From Bugula neritina (Eukaryota > Animalia > Bryozoa): a stretch of 64,000 nt of DNA. The DNA lies in NCBI GenBank assembly GCA_964035545.1, contig OZ037766.1, forward strand, positions 19,704,767 to 19,768,766, read 5' to 3'. Position numbers and translations under genes: made by a program. Under the pieces are notes generated by a model, which saw nothing but the letters and a program-made list of their open reading frames with translations, ran no database searches and was not told the origin of the DNA. Positions 11,100-23,879 of the stretch are shown here, piece by piece (the stretch's first letter is position 1; each line of letters starts with the position of its first letter).

Positions 11100-14011
11100 C
11101 TCAAATCCTTCAACTGCCAAAAATTTTGTGAACGCCTCAGATTTGTACACTGAGGGGGACCACAGTCGACACACGTCGTCTTCATCTTCTACGTCAGTAG
11201 CATTAGAGAAAAAGCACATCAAATCTCCGCACATATCCCACCGGCAAAGAAATATAAAAAATGGTAACTGTATATGCATCTGTGCTTTTATTGCAAATTA
11301 ATTGCATTAATATTATATACTATAAGTCCATTTTTAACCTTATAAAATTCAATTGCACTAAACTTTCATACCTGTATTTAAATGCAGTGTCATGCAATAT
11401 CTTTGAAAAGTTCTACGAACAAAATTAAAGACCTGGAAAAGCATGTACAATTAGTAAAAATTTATTTTCAAAACTATTTACTCCATCTAAGTTATTTTAA
11501 AGTCACCTGATAAATATTTAATATTGTGCACGAAGGAAAACATTTTTTTTCAAAATTTGAGTTGTCTGTTGAAAGTCATGTGACCTTTGCAGGTGGAACT
11601 AAGCTACACGAAAGGTTTACAGAATCTGATTCCCTTCCCGTAGTTTGTACTGATGAGAACATAAGTGCCAACGTCCACATGTTGCCTATAAACGTCAGAC
11701 AGAATAGAAGTCATCAGCAGATTATGCAGCAGACATCAAACGTTGGTTCAATGTACTCTGGTAACCATAGAAACGGCTCTGGTAACTCGCCAAAGACACA
11801 ACATATAAACTCTCTGTCTATATCAGGTATGTACTGCAATATAACAATATGTGTTCTGCATTATTCCTGCTGCTTTCAGAACATTATACTGTAATACTAC
11901 ATAGCACTATAGTATAATGTTATATTACATATCCTTATATTATTGTAATATATCTTTTTAAAACATGTGATAATCAAATTTTGTAAATCAAAGTTTTATT
12001 AAAACATCATCACACTTTACTGGGAAGCACTCATTTCTTGTAACAATATGCATTTTTGTAATAAGTAAAAAGACCCAAATAACTGAGGTGTTGATCAAGC
12101 TGATATTGCACTTGTACTAGTAATAAGCAGACATTGCAAGCAATTGATCAATGGGCTGGAAAAGCCGTAGCAAACACCTGATCATACCAAGTGTCATACA
12201 AGCGAGCATGTAAAAAATAGCTCATAATTGACTTAATGCATAAAAATGCATAATATTGCATTTAATTATGAGACCTAACCCAAAGATTATCCTCAAGTAA
12301 TACAGTATTGTGGTAATAATTATTAGCATTATATGCCAAATGCTTTACATACAATACCAAACTTGGTGTATTTTCAATAATTGTCTAACACTTATTATAA
12401 CAACTTATGAAATTAGCAAGAATTGTGATCTAATAGAAGGAAATTATGATTGGGATTTTAGTGTTTGTTATAAAATATTTGGTCTAAGAGAGTTGAATCT
12501 TTTTCAAGAACTTCTACAGCAATGTTTTTACTTGATGTATGAGTAAACTAGATAGTATAGATTTATGTAATGTAGCTGCAACAACAATGATTTTGTTTTT
12601 ATGTAGGCTTTGACTACACAAATTATTGCTTTAAATTAATTAAAAACCTGCAACTCTGCATAAAAGAGTATTTGGTTACAGTTTTAAAGAACTTCAAAAT
12701 AAAATTGCCTATACTGCATTAGATAGTATACTATACACCTTAAAATAATTCACAGTTGTTGATCAATAAATAGAATATTAGACTATAAGAAATTACACCA
12801 CTGTGCAGTTGTAGAAATTGTAATATCAACAGGAACATGGTGTTAAGTAATACATTACATACCAGTCTATTAGTAGAGCAGTAAAGCAAGTAGATAATCT
12901 AAAAGTTGCAGAGTAAAATATCAAATGCTGTCTTTTAGGTATAAAACAAGATGGTGCCATTTCTTCTGGCTCAAAAAATGAAGGAGCTCAGCCAGATGAG
13001 AATGAGAGAGAACCTCTGAATGAGAGACTGGACAAAGTGAATAATAATGAGACTTCTGATAGGACAGGAAAGCTCAGCAGGGCTGACCAAACAGATAAAC
13101 TAGATAAAATAGATAAGTCCTATCTAAAGTCTGCTTCTCCACATTCCCTTAGCCTTGATATAACTGCTGTGTCTCAGTCACATCAACTACAGCCAGGTGC
13201 TGGTAACAACGGAATTCCTCAGTATATTCAACCTTTTAAGAGAAGACAAATCAAAACACACACAACATCTGCTGCAGGCAGATCTGCAAACAAGCCCAGG
13301 CTAGAACAAGGTAAGTGTTGTCTGTAATTAGACTTTCTGCATAAATCTGATTAGTCAAGTGTTAATTCTGAATTTACACCTAAATATTGTTGGAAAAAAG
13401 TTACTTAGTTGAGAAAAATTATTGATCAAAGACAAGTAATTTGCATACATGCCACATGGTGGCATTATGATAGGGTTAAGTAGGTGTTGAGGTGCTTTAT
13501 AGTGCTTTATTATAGTTTTTGCCATATTTTATATTATAATTATACAATTACTAAGATCTAGATTTACAAGCACTGTTTAATGAAGTTCAAATTTTATGTT
13601 CCTATTCCAATCAATTTCTTATTATTGAGAATATGATATGATTTAAAAATAAAGTGATTTATAACACCACAGTAGAGCCAACTTATTTCTGTGTGGCAGA
13701 CAACTCCAGCAACAAAATTTTACTGAAAGCAAGATTTCTCTCCATGTGGCCGAAGTTTTAGAGTTTAGTCTTTCAAATCCGATTTGCATAAAATTTTCAA
13801 CCTTTCTTTGGAACATCAATTTTATGTTTCTGTGCTTGTCTATACTCTATCAAATTATAAAATGTTTATTATAGAGCCAAAATACTCGGACCCAGTGGTT
13901 GGGTCTTCAATGTCCTTCCAGTCAAGGCTAGCAGAGCTGGCCTCTTTAGAAGCTGAAACAGTCAGGTGGGAAAGATTAAGAAAGTTGAAAAAGAAAGCTA
14001 AGGATGACTAA
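11100..14011 (+). CDS. Uncharacterised, largely disordered protein with conserved-looking C-terminal helix (5' exon(s) not located)
   Basis: Phase-consistent exons 11100-11263, 11593-11826, 12939-13310 and 13875-14011, all with AG/GT boundaries. Ser/Asn/Lys-rich body ending EPKYSDPVVGSSMSFQSRLAELASLEAETVRWERLRKLKKKAKDD*. Confidence 0.75.
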
Positions 14012-15325
14012 CCATTAATGCTGCCTCAACAGCAGAGTGCAGTTACTGACTAATTACCAAAATTGTTCTGTTGAACAGAGCACAAAATACCATAATTTGT
14101 TGAGATGCTACATTTTAAGTGTTGCATTCTAAATATTTGTGTTTTGTAAAAACTTAATTTCGGTGCCTGGTAAATTAAAATAGTAATAATTTATTAATAT
14201 GAAAATTATATTTTATAAATTGGTCTCTATTTTTATAAATCTAACTGCTGTGACAAGATGTTATTATTATTTCACTTTTTGAGTATTTGCTAAATATACT
14301 CTATTAGCCCTAAATGGTGTTTAAACAAAACTATTACAGTTGTCAGTTGTAAACAAATGCACGGCTATAATTTGATTATCATCATGAGAAACCAAACTTA
14401 ATTCCATGTTGTTGCCAGTTGTTACTGCATTAATGGTAATTGAACAGAGACAAGAGATCGTTCATACCGCACTGCTTTGACCATCAAAGGTTCTCAAAGA
14501 ATGTTAAAGGTGATAAATAACATAATATATAATGGTACAACATTTCTTATAGAATATTTTATCTGTATGATATTCAAAATAATGGATTTAATATAATTCA
14601 TGCTACATAAAGATGATTTAATAATTATATACATAGTGCAAATGAACATGCAATAATACTTGCATGCTAGTCATTGCTACCCTAATATAAAAAACAGTCA
14701 TCAAACCATTTTTGATAACTGTATGCATGCAGCATGTAGTTTATAAAATACATTCAGCATAGCAATTGCATGATTAGACATGCTAGTATGATATATGTGT
14801 CAATTAAAAAATATAGATATTTAGTACGACTTTATTTTAGGTAATTATTTAAAGATATGTTTTGATAACGTGTACAAAATTCCAATTGAAGTAATAGAAA
14901 TTGTATAAACAATAATTTGATATCTTTAGATTCTCATATTTAAAAACACCAAAAATATGTTGCATTTAAGGTAAAGAAAGGGTGGTTAAAATATATAGTT
15001 GTTTCTTCTATCTGCACATAAAGTTAATGTCTAAAATCTTGTAAAATTTTAAGCATGCAAACTACTCTGAAATATTGCCTATAATTTATAAAAATAATTT
15101 ATACAATAATTACGATACTTAAGTTCTAAAATAAATAACTTGAGTCTTGACTGTTGACACCTGTTTCTATAATTTGTTAACTATAAAAGTAGCTATAATT
15201 GTCTACTCTAAATAGAATTGTGCAACATGTTTAAAAAATGTCTTTTTGAAACTTCAAAATTACTCATAGCACCTTTAATTGGTGGTAGGCAGAATATGGA
15301 TAAGAAGTTTGTTCAGAGCTGTTGA

Positions 15326-18300
15326 TTATCTGCAACCACAGGTTTCCACAATCATATTGTCATAATTTTGCATAGTTATAATTCTGTCATCTTGATGGTA
15401 TAATATAGTCATTCTAGCAAGTTTATGAGGAACACAACATGGCGGTTTCACTTTCTCAGGATAATTATAGTTTGATACAGACTGTAGAACAGCATGATTG
15501 CTTGCTGCCAGGGAACTAGTTAGAGGAAATGGACATAAACCTTCACAGAAATTAACATTTAGTCCCTCAGGAGCAACGATCCACTTTGCCCATCCTAAAG
15601 CATGAAAGCTGATGTATAGTGGTTTGACTTTACAGTAATCAATATTTTGTTGATTGGCTGTTGAAAAGTAATTTTTATCATGTCTTCTGCGTAGCCTTCG
15701 CTTAGGATTTTTAGATTTTAATTCAGTTGTTAAAATTGTTTTGTGTTTTGGTTTCTTCCTGATAATTTCCTCTTCCATATTTACAGAGCTGTCTATAATA
15801 CTTCTCTGGCTTCTTAAAAGCAGGTCTGTACATTCTTCCATTGTCTGTAAGTTGTCTTCTCCTAAGAATTCTATGCATCTTTCTCTGTTCAACTGCTGCG
15901 TTCTGCTCTCTTCATTCAGGAAGTTCTTCACCATATAATCTATGTTTTTTCTGTGCTTCTTTTTGTGCTTATCTTTTTTTCGTTTGGCTGCAAACAAATC
16001 CAACGTATCCTTTCAGTAGTGAACATAATAGATTATTAATATTAGCAGAGAACTTTACCTGCTTTATTTGGAAAAATGACACGAGCTAAATCAAATTAAA
16101 GCTGCTAGTAAATGAGCTCTAGGTTTTTTTGCTAAAAGCTTCATTTAAATAACTATGGGCTGATGTTGCTACAAATTTTGCAAATAAGAAAGTGTTTTTT
16201 GTCACGAAAACTTTTAAGGTCACGATTCTCATTCACCAATAGCAAAATTAAAAAAACTTTTCGCTTCAATTTAACCAATAAAGTGATTAGCAAAAAATAT
16301 CAATGTTTGAACAAGCGATGCCATTAAGTTCTGTTACAATAAATTAAATTAATAATAAGGTAATACAGTGTGTAACTATACAACTAAAGTAACTTATTAT
16401 ACACTGACCAATTGACACTGTAAGAAAGTCTTTAAAATAGCGCTAGTTTTAGAATATGCTGTAGTCATAGTAAGACAACTCATGTTAAGTCAGATTATCA
16501 TTTGGAAGACATAATCTGTGTCAAGTACAAAGTCTAATTTCAAATCTCATTGACTTGCAGATCTATATTTTACCCAGTTAACAGTCTTGAAGTTTTCTAA
16601 TTCAAGAGGTTGTATATATTTAGGAGAAATTTATGAATAGTAATATACACATTTCACAATTTAAAATACTATAGTAAAGAAAATAATTTATGAACTTTTA
16701 CTTTTAGCTATATTGAATTTATGCTCGACTGATAATATCAAAATAAGATGGCTACCGTTACACAGTTTAGCTACTACTTTGCTACAAAAACCATCATAAC
16801 TCTCAAATGCTTGAATTATGGTTGGTTGCATAATTTGATTCAAGTATCTTTTATTCAACCAATAACAAATATGGTACGCAACGAGCAATGATTAAAATCA
16901 AATAAAGTTATTTCATATTATACCAAATTGCTTGAATAACGAAGGTTTGTAGCCAGTCATTTAAGATTTTCAAAATAAAATAATCAAGTGAGAAAGTCGA
17001 GTCAAATCAAGTCAAGGCGCTTTGAGTGTTTATTCAATGTGACATGGACTTTGTTTAAATGACCTAAATGCAGAGCTATGCTTTGAATGCACTAAATGAA
17101 TTTTCGGACTTGCAATTGCTTACTTTTATCTGTGTACACTGTGAAGACTGGTTGTTGAGTCTGTGGAGACTCTCCTCTCTGTATGAAGGTTACGTGAGTG
17201 CCGTTGACATGGTTAGTGAAGGAGTCAGTAGCGGTCAATAGCATACCTGCATGTAAATGTAACCTTATCTGTTATTACACATATGATTTATTATAACTTT
17301 GTTAGCATTGCAGTTGTAGAGCTACACATAACCTTAACAGGTGTTGTTCGTTTTTAGAGCTTTTTTAAATATCTGCACGATTTTCCAAAAATATAAAGAT
17401 GAATCACTTTACAATATAGCATATGACGTGATGCATATAAAACCGGAATGCAGTTTAAAAAACATGTTGCTTGCTTACATGATAGGCTGCAGTCTCAAAT
17501 CAGCAAAGAAAAAATTATAAATTGAAAAAATTTTCGCTCCAATACCGAAATATAAACTCAATACTTGTATAGTACATTAGCATAAAAAGTAAGATTTAGT
17601 TAGGTTGGAAATTCTTGACTAAACTTAGTAGGTGAGCATAGATGGCAAAGGCTTTTTATGTTCCTAACAGGCAAGACTCAAACTGATTGGCTTATACCCT
17701 CAATAAACTAAAATAAAATCAACTCAGATTCATTTAGTAAGAGCATTGATGGTAATTTGTTTTGAGCCCTATAATTTTGCAAACATGGTTTGCTTGTTTG
17801 AAGTTTCTACTTATTAGATACAACAATTATTCTATAAAATATAGACTTAACCAAACTATCTCTTTGCGCCTACATTAAGCATGTGAACAATATATATGCA
17901 TACTAATTTCAATACTCCATTATCATCACCATAAGTTTGTAATCACTACAGAAAGCCTCAATAACCTTTATTTTTATGAGAATATTTGGTCCAGTCTTTC
18001 ACTGCGTCTTTTAGTCCTGATTTAAACACAATCCACTGCCCGGTGTAAGCAGACACCTTCTGCCTCTCCAGTAAAACAACTCCCGGCCCAGGACCTCCAT
18101 CAGGGCCGTACAGACTTGACTCATCAATAATCTTGTACAGACTCAGCTACCAATTACAAATATGCTGGTCATAATAGTAATCAAAATAGAGAATAAATGT
18201 GTAAAAATTACATTTGTAAGAAGCAACATGTTGCAGAAAGTTGCAGCAAGAAAGCCCAGGGCTGCAGTCATTCTGATATCATTACAAAGAAGTAACATAA

Positions 18301-21117
18301 AGAGATTGTGATAATAGCATCAAATTTCCCACTTAATGTGTATACCAATTTTAGTGCACTGTACATTTATAGATGAACTTCTCTGTTTTATAATAATATT
18401 TAATATGAATAAATTAATCACTTGAACATGTATAATTACCACCATTTTATTATAATTAATTAAAGTTGTAGTTGTACGACATTTAGAAGCAGTACCGACT
18501 TTGTTGTGGACATAGCTTCTGAATTTTGGTTTCATTGCAACTTGCATTCTACATCGAGTATCCATCAATCACACTATGAATCACCCAATGACACAGGCTA
18601 TTGTAATATGAGTAAAGTTTATTAATAACACACAGCGTTCAATAGATGTAATCCTTACCGTAACAAAATGTGTTTTCAGTGTTTGTAGTATTGGTGCCCT
18701 CTTTTTATAAATATGAAAGTTTGCTTCAATGATGTCTTCTGATTCATTAACAGCTGTAAGATTGAACCAAAACTGCATACGTCTTTGGGTTTCTATAAAA
18801 TAATTATACCAGAAATTTATTTTTGCGGACTTAGCTAAGGACAAGACAAATGTGCAGCTGTGCTTAAGCTGGTTTGACCAATTTTCTTGTTTGACACTTG
18901 ATAAGAGCTCCAATCCTTCTAAGCATGTGGCCAATTAGGCAATATTTCAATTTTTATCTAATTAGAGTAGATTAATTTACATCTGGGATTCAAGCTATTT
19001 ACTTGGCACCGCCATCTTGTTGTCAGGGAGACAAAATAAAAGCTTTGTAAATAAGTTTATACAGAAACATCAATTTATTAGCAACAGTTGAAAGATAAAA
19101 AGCATTTGTGATTTCTGCAAATATACCCTTTTATGTAATCATTGTTATTTTATGTATGTTGATTTTCCATTAGAGTAATGACACATTCCATTAGCTTTTT
19201 TATCACAGTGCATATTGTAAATTTAAAATATTTATTTAGTTTCAAATATTGGAACCATTTTTATAAGAGAGTGCAGCTGCACAAATGGAAATCTTAATTG
19301 AATGCTATATTTTTGGTAACCTTTTTTCATAAAAATAACAAGCTAGTATGATTGTTAAACTCAGGGTATTATAGGCCTATTTATGACTCTATCATATTGC
19401 AGTGAGAAAATCATTGTTACACACCTACTTTATATTCCCTTTTCAACGTGTTTGCAGAGCTATCAGGTTTGTATTTATACGATTAATCAATCTTTGACCC
19501 ATTTTCACAAATGACACTAATCACGGAACTAACAATAGTTTGAACCTTAGAGACAACCGATTGCCAAGAGTTAAAATCTAATACTATGCAGTTTTTAAAA
19601 ATAAGACATCTGTCTTTTATGCAATGTTATTACAGTAATTATTATATCAAAATATACTTAAAATCCAAATAATAGTGATGAAACCTTTAAATTACAAGCT
19701 CTCTTATGAAAATTGAAGGATTTTGAAATAATGAAATATTAATTGTATTAATAGCTTGAATTATATCTCAGCAGTTTGAAACTATGTGTCAAGCAATAAA
19801 CTACAGTGAGAAGCTTCACCGCACTTTACTTCTACACACACACACGCACACACGCACACACGCGCACACGCGCACACGCGCACACGCGCACACACGCACA
19901 CACGCACACACGCACACACACACGCAAACGCACACGCACACACACGACAGACGCACACACACGCACATACAGATGCACACATAGACGCACACACAGACGC
20001 ACACATGCACACACGCACACAGATATATACACAAATAGTTGATTTGGAAATTCAACTAAGATTGTGGTTTGCAAGACTAAATAAACCTTTAAAACTCTAA
20101 AAAGCACCAAGGAGCCCTTGTTTACTCCCTACACCCAGCAAAGAACACTACATTGTACTCAGGTGTTAAAGGTGAAAGAATTTTTTACACCTGGCCAGAC
20201 ATGTGTGTTCACTGGTGTTATTTAGAATATAGCATGCTTAAATCTATAGAAAGCAGATTAATGTGAAAGATACAAACAATGCCAGTATTGCATTTAAGCT
20301 TTAGAAATATGTGGACACCATTTCATTATGTAATACTGGTTCTTTGACAAAGGAATTCTAATTGATCATCAAGTTTAATTACTTAGTGTGTTCTTTACAT
20401 TGCTAGCTTCTCAGTCTTTCTCAGTCTTTCTTGTAGTGCTTAAAATCTAGCCTAGTGTTTATTTACTACAATATAAGTAAAGTAATTGCTCAACAAATAA
20501 ATCATCTATGCCATTGCAGAAATGAAAGCCAATACACACCATATAATACAAACAACCTAAGAAGTGTCTTATAATCTACTCTGTATATAATGTTGTCAAC
20601 TCAAATTACACCAGCAAATAGACATAATATGCATCAACGGTTTGGTTTCTTTGAGTAAACTTCACTTGAATTTTCTTAAGTTGTTAACACAATTTTTGCA
20701 ATTTTTTTATAATTTTCACGTTGTACTACTAAATGATTGGGGTGAGCTATTAAATTACGCACATGCTAGCCGCTTACCATAATAATCTTCTAGTCCTCGG
20801 ATGAAATCGACTTCAAATGGTGCCGATCTCTTTTCTCTTCCTGTTGATTTGTCTGCTAATAAGCTGTATAATTTATCCATGACATATGGGATTTGTACAT
20901 CGGTGGATAGTTTTTTGGGTTCACCGGTTTGCAGGACGTATTGCAGCAGGTTCCTTTTATACACATCAACTTCTATGGCTGACACGCTGCTCTTCTCAAT
21001 ATCTGCGGAGTCATACTCTCCCAGAGCTTCATTTCCCCACTTATCGATTTTACTCAGCCGGGATGACACCCGATTTAAAAGTAGTAGAATGAGGAAAACA
21101 CATTGCACGAGTGTCAT
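15326..21117 (-). CDS. TGF-beta superfamily ligand, BMP subfamily (ADMP/BMP2-4-like, divergent)
   Basis: Exons 21117-20778 (signal peptide MTLVQCVFLILLLLNRVSS), 18792-18659, 18146-17966, 17246-17124, optional microexon 16085-16059, and 15987-15326; phases agree. Prodomain motifs PYVMDKLY, FWFNLT..EANFHIYK, GQWIVF..AVKDW and QPVFTVYTD. Furin site KRRLRRR. Mature 7-Cys knot CKVKPLYISFHALGWAKWIVAPEG..FCEGLCPFPL..NHAVLQ..CCVP..NYDNMIVETCGCR. Confidence 0.93.
19834..20032. repeat. Compound (CA)n/(CACG)n microsatellite in BMP intron 1
   Basis: Visible run cacacacgcacacacgcg...; it explains five spurious overlapping ORFs. Confidence 0.95.
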
Positions 21118-23879
21118 AGTGCTTGAGCAGCTATTTATCCTACCGTATGATAGCAGTAATTTTACACCGGAAAAAAGCAAGGTGCTATAATGTTTTAATT
21201 ACAATCTTACCTTATTGAAGGCATCAAAACAGGTAGTTTTATATCCTTGTTCAGTTAGTTTTCTAAACTAAAGTGTGGTTTATATACTATACCATCTGTT
21301 GTGAACGCTGTTCGATACTACGGAGCGATACCTTGCATTGAATGTTGTTGTGGGTATAAGAGAGCGGAGAAATAGCTGCCTTCTTGTGTAGGATATAGTT
21401 CCAGGTATGTTTAAAAAGAGCACCTGCTCACTGATATCTTCAATGCCTATTCAATCTTTTATGTTCAATTAAAACGATGCCTCTCATATATATGTATAAT
21501 TGTCACTGAGCTATTATATGTGCATGACCAATACCGTGCCTTGTTTACCTTAATGAGGCCTTGTTTGCCTTGGGTACTTAGTTTTCACATTAAATAATCA
21601 TAGTGTCTACTAAACTGCTTTGATAGTTTGGATCTATGCAGCTGATAGGTGCATGCTTACTGTCACATTTAAGAGTGCGATGTATGCAGGTGCTAGCTGG
21701 TATTCTACACCCTCATGTAGTTATCTTCACAACCATCTGGATGCCATAGATGTCATTGTTTCTTGATGGGTTTGGTAAAGTTATATCAAAGTGTCAGGAA
21801 AATGCTTTGCCGCCTCCACTGCTTTTGCACTTAGTACTAGGTCGCTAAAAGATTTAAAACACGCCTTATTTACCACTCAATTATTTTTGGATCAAAAACC
21901 TTAATTATAACACCTTGTAAAGAATAAAAAGTCATTAATCCATCACTTAAAATGTTTAGTGTTGATCAATGTCTTGGGCTATAAGGTTGGTATATTAGTG
22001 CAAACATTATGCAAATCTTTTCTTGCTTATTTAAAACTGCACTGTGTGACAGAAATGTGGCTAACCTCTGGCTAAGGTGTGAATCGATGGAAATAACTCT
22101 GCACCTGATTGTTTTCTGGCCAAGTTATAGTCTGGCATGCATAGCAATGTGCTAATTTTGCGGAAATGTTATATTTATAATATAGTATGTATATTATATA
22201 TTATATGTATAACTGAATTTGTGTAAACCAGCTGTTCTAGGACTTCTTCCTTTCTTAGCTTAGAAAGTTTTACAATTTCCAATGGTAAAAAATAATGTTT
22301 CTAGCAACGCATATTGGAAAGTTGACGCTGTTTAACAAGCCAGAGCACTCAAACTTATATATTTTGGAAGGGTTCCCACATTCATCATAACATATTCCAG
22401 ACTGTGGCAAGTTTTTTATCAATGGTCAAACAATAAATACTGTTTTAAGTGGAAATTTTATTTAAAACTATTGAATCTTAAAATTTTCATCGACAATTGG
22501 TGAAAAGTACTGCTTGTAGTAAAGGTGGTAAAATACTGATAACTGCAATAGGTCTATTCAAACTATCATCACATTTAGTCTAGATCTCAAGTGACAATAG
22601 CATGTTATAAGAACCCCTGAGTATGATCACAAGGAATCGAAGACATTAAACTAATTAGGCAATCTTAGAAATTTGCTTTCAAGGTTATAATATAATCTTG
22701 AATCTATTACTATCTTCAAACAACAAGATTCCTCATACGTAAGATTATTCAAGAGCAAGTAAAGTAACTGGTTTAAGATGATGTAATTACAGCTTATCTC
22801 AACTAAACATCATGGTTAATGCAGGTGGTAACAATAAACAACATTTCCTCTTTTTTGCCATTATAATACAACCATACAGGGCTGGTACCTGTAAATTGTG
22901 GAAAACATGGTTTTTATAGCTGCTCTGTGTGCTATGTAATGGATATTTGAACACCAATGAAGTTCTAACTGTACACAATCGAGCTTGAATGCTGTATACA
23001 TTGCACTCAAGTTTCTGTAAGTGATGTATGATATAGCATTCACAAGTTGAATGTTGGAGAAGTATAACTTAATTACTTTTGGTCATCAGATTTTCAAAAA
23101 CGATAGAAGTTCATTCTTTAATTAGTTTAAACTTCAATTATAGAACATATATTATACAATCTATAGTTTTACGTCAGCTTTTTGATAACAAGCCTGCATG
23201 TCCACCTAATTTGTACATGGCCTACCAAGTAAAGGAAACTGAACTGAGTCGTAAATGTACTTTAATCAATCGTAAACTAACAATGCTCACAACCTTGGTA
23301 ATAATGCATAGCATACCTGTCTGGTCTAATTTAATTTTTTTTCAAAGTAACTAGTTGTATGAGAAAGAAATTCTGCAATGTGGCCACAGAGCTGCTTTAG
23401 TATAAAGTAGATTATAAAACTGGTAAAAGTTGTGACTTAAGGTTATAACTTATAAATGACTTTAATAGACACTTTGAAATGTAAGACAATAGTTAAACAT
23501 AGCAATGTGTCTCCAAATAGATTATGTTGTTTTCAATACTGTATTCAAAGCACAGCTTTCTTACATAAGGAGGGATAACTCCATATCTACTAAAGGTGAT
23601 AACTTTTCAATGTATTTAACACTTAGGAGAAATGAACTAGTAGCTCTGTCTTCCGACGATTCTTATTTTACAGATTATATAAAAATATTTGCACCTACCC
23701 ACCTCCCTCCTCCAAATAAACAAGAGCTGGTTTGATCACCAGCCGATCAGTAATGAAATGGGACTGCATTGAAAAACATTGAGATTTCAGCATACACACT
23801 GATAGATTTATTAAGGCCAGGGGGCCTGATGTAATCGTTGCCAATCGTAAAGCAGAAACAATGAGAGCTGCTCGTAGAG

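Noticed and set aside
15741-16089. Plus-strand ORFs overlapping the BMP last exon (likewise 20801-21190, 46336-46632, 47033-47335, 11067-11279, 61371-61574, 61898-62119, 55474-55674)
   Set aside because: Antisense shadows of real coding exons.
19782-20110. Five overlapping ORFs rich in VC/HT/RA
   Set aside because: Translations of the (CA)/(CACG) microsatellite.
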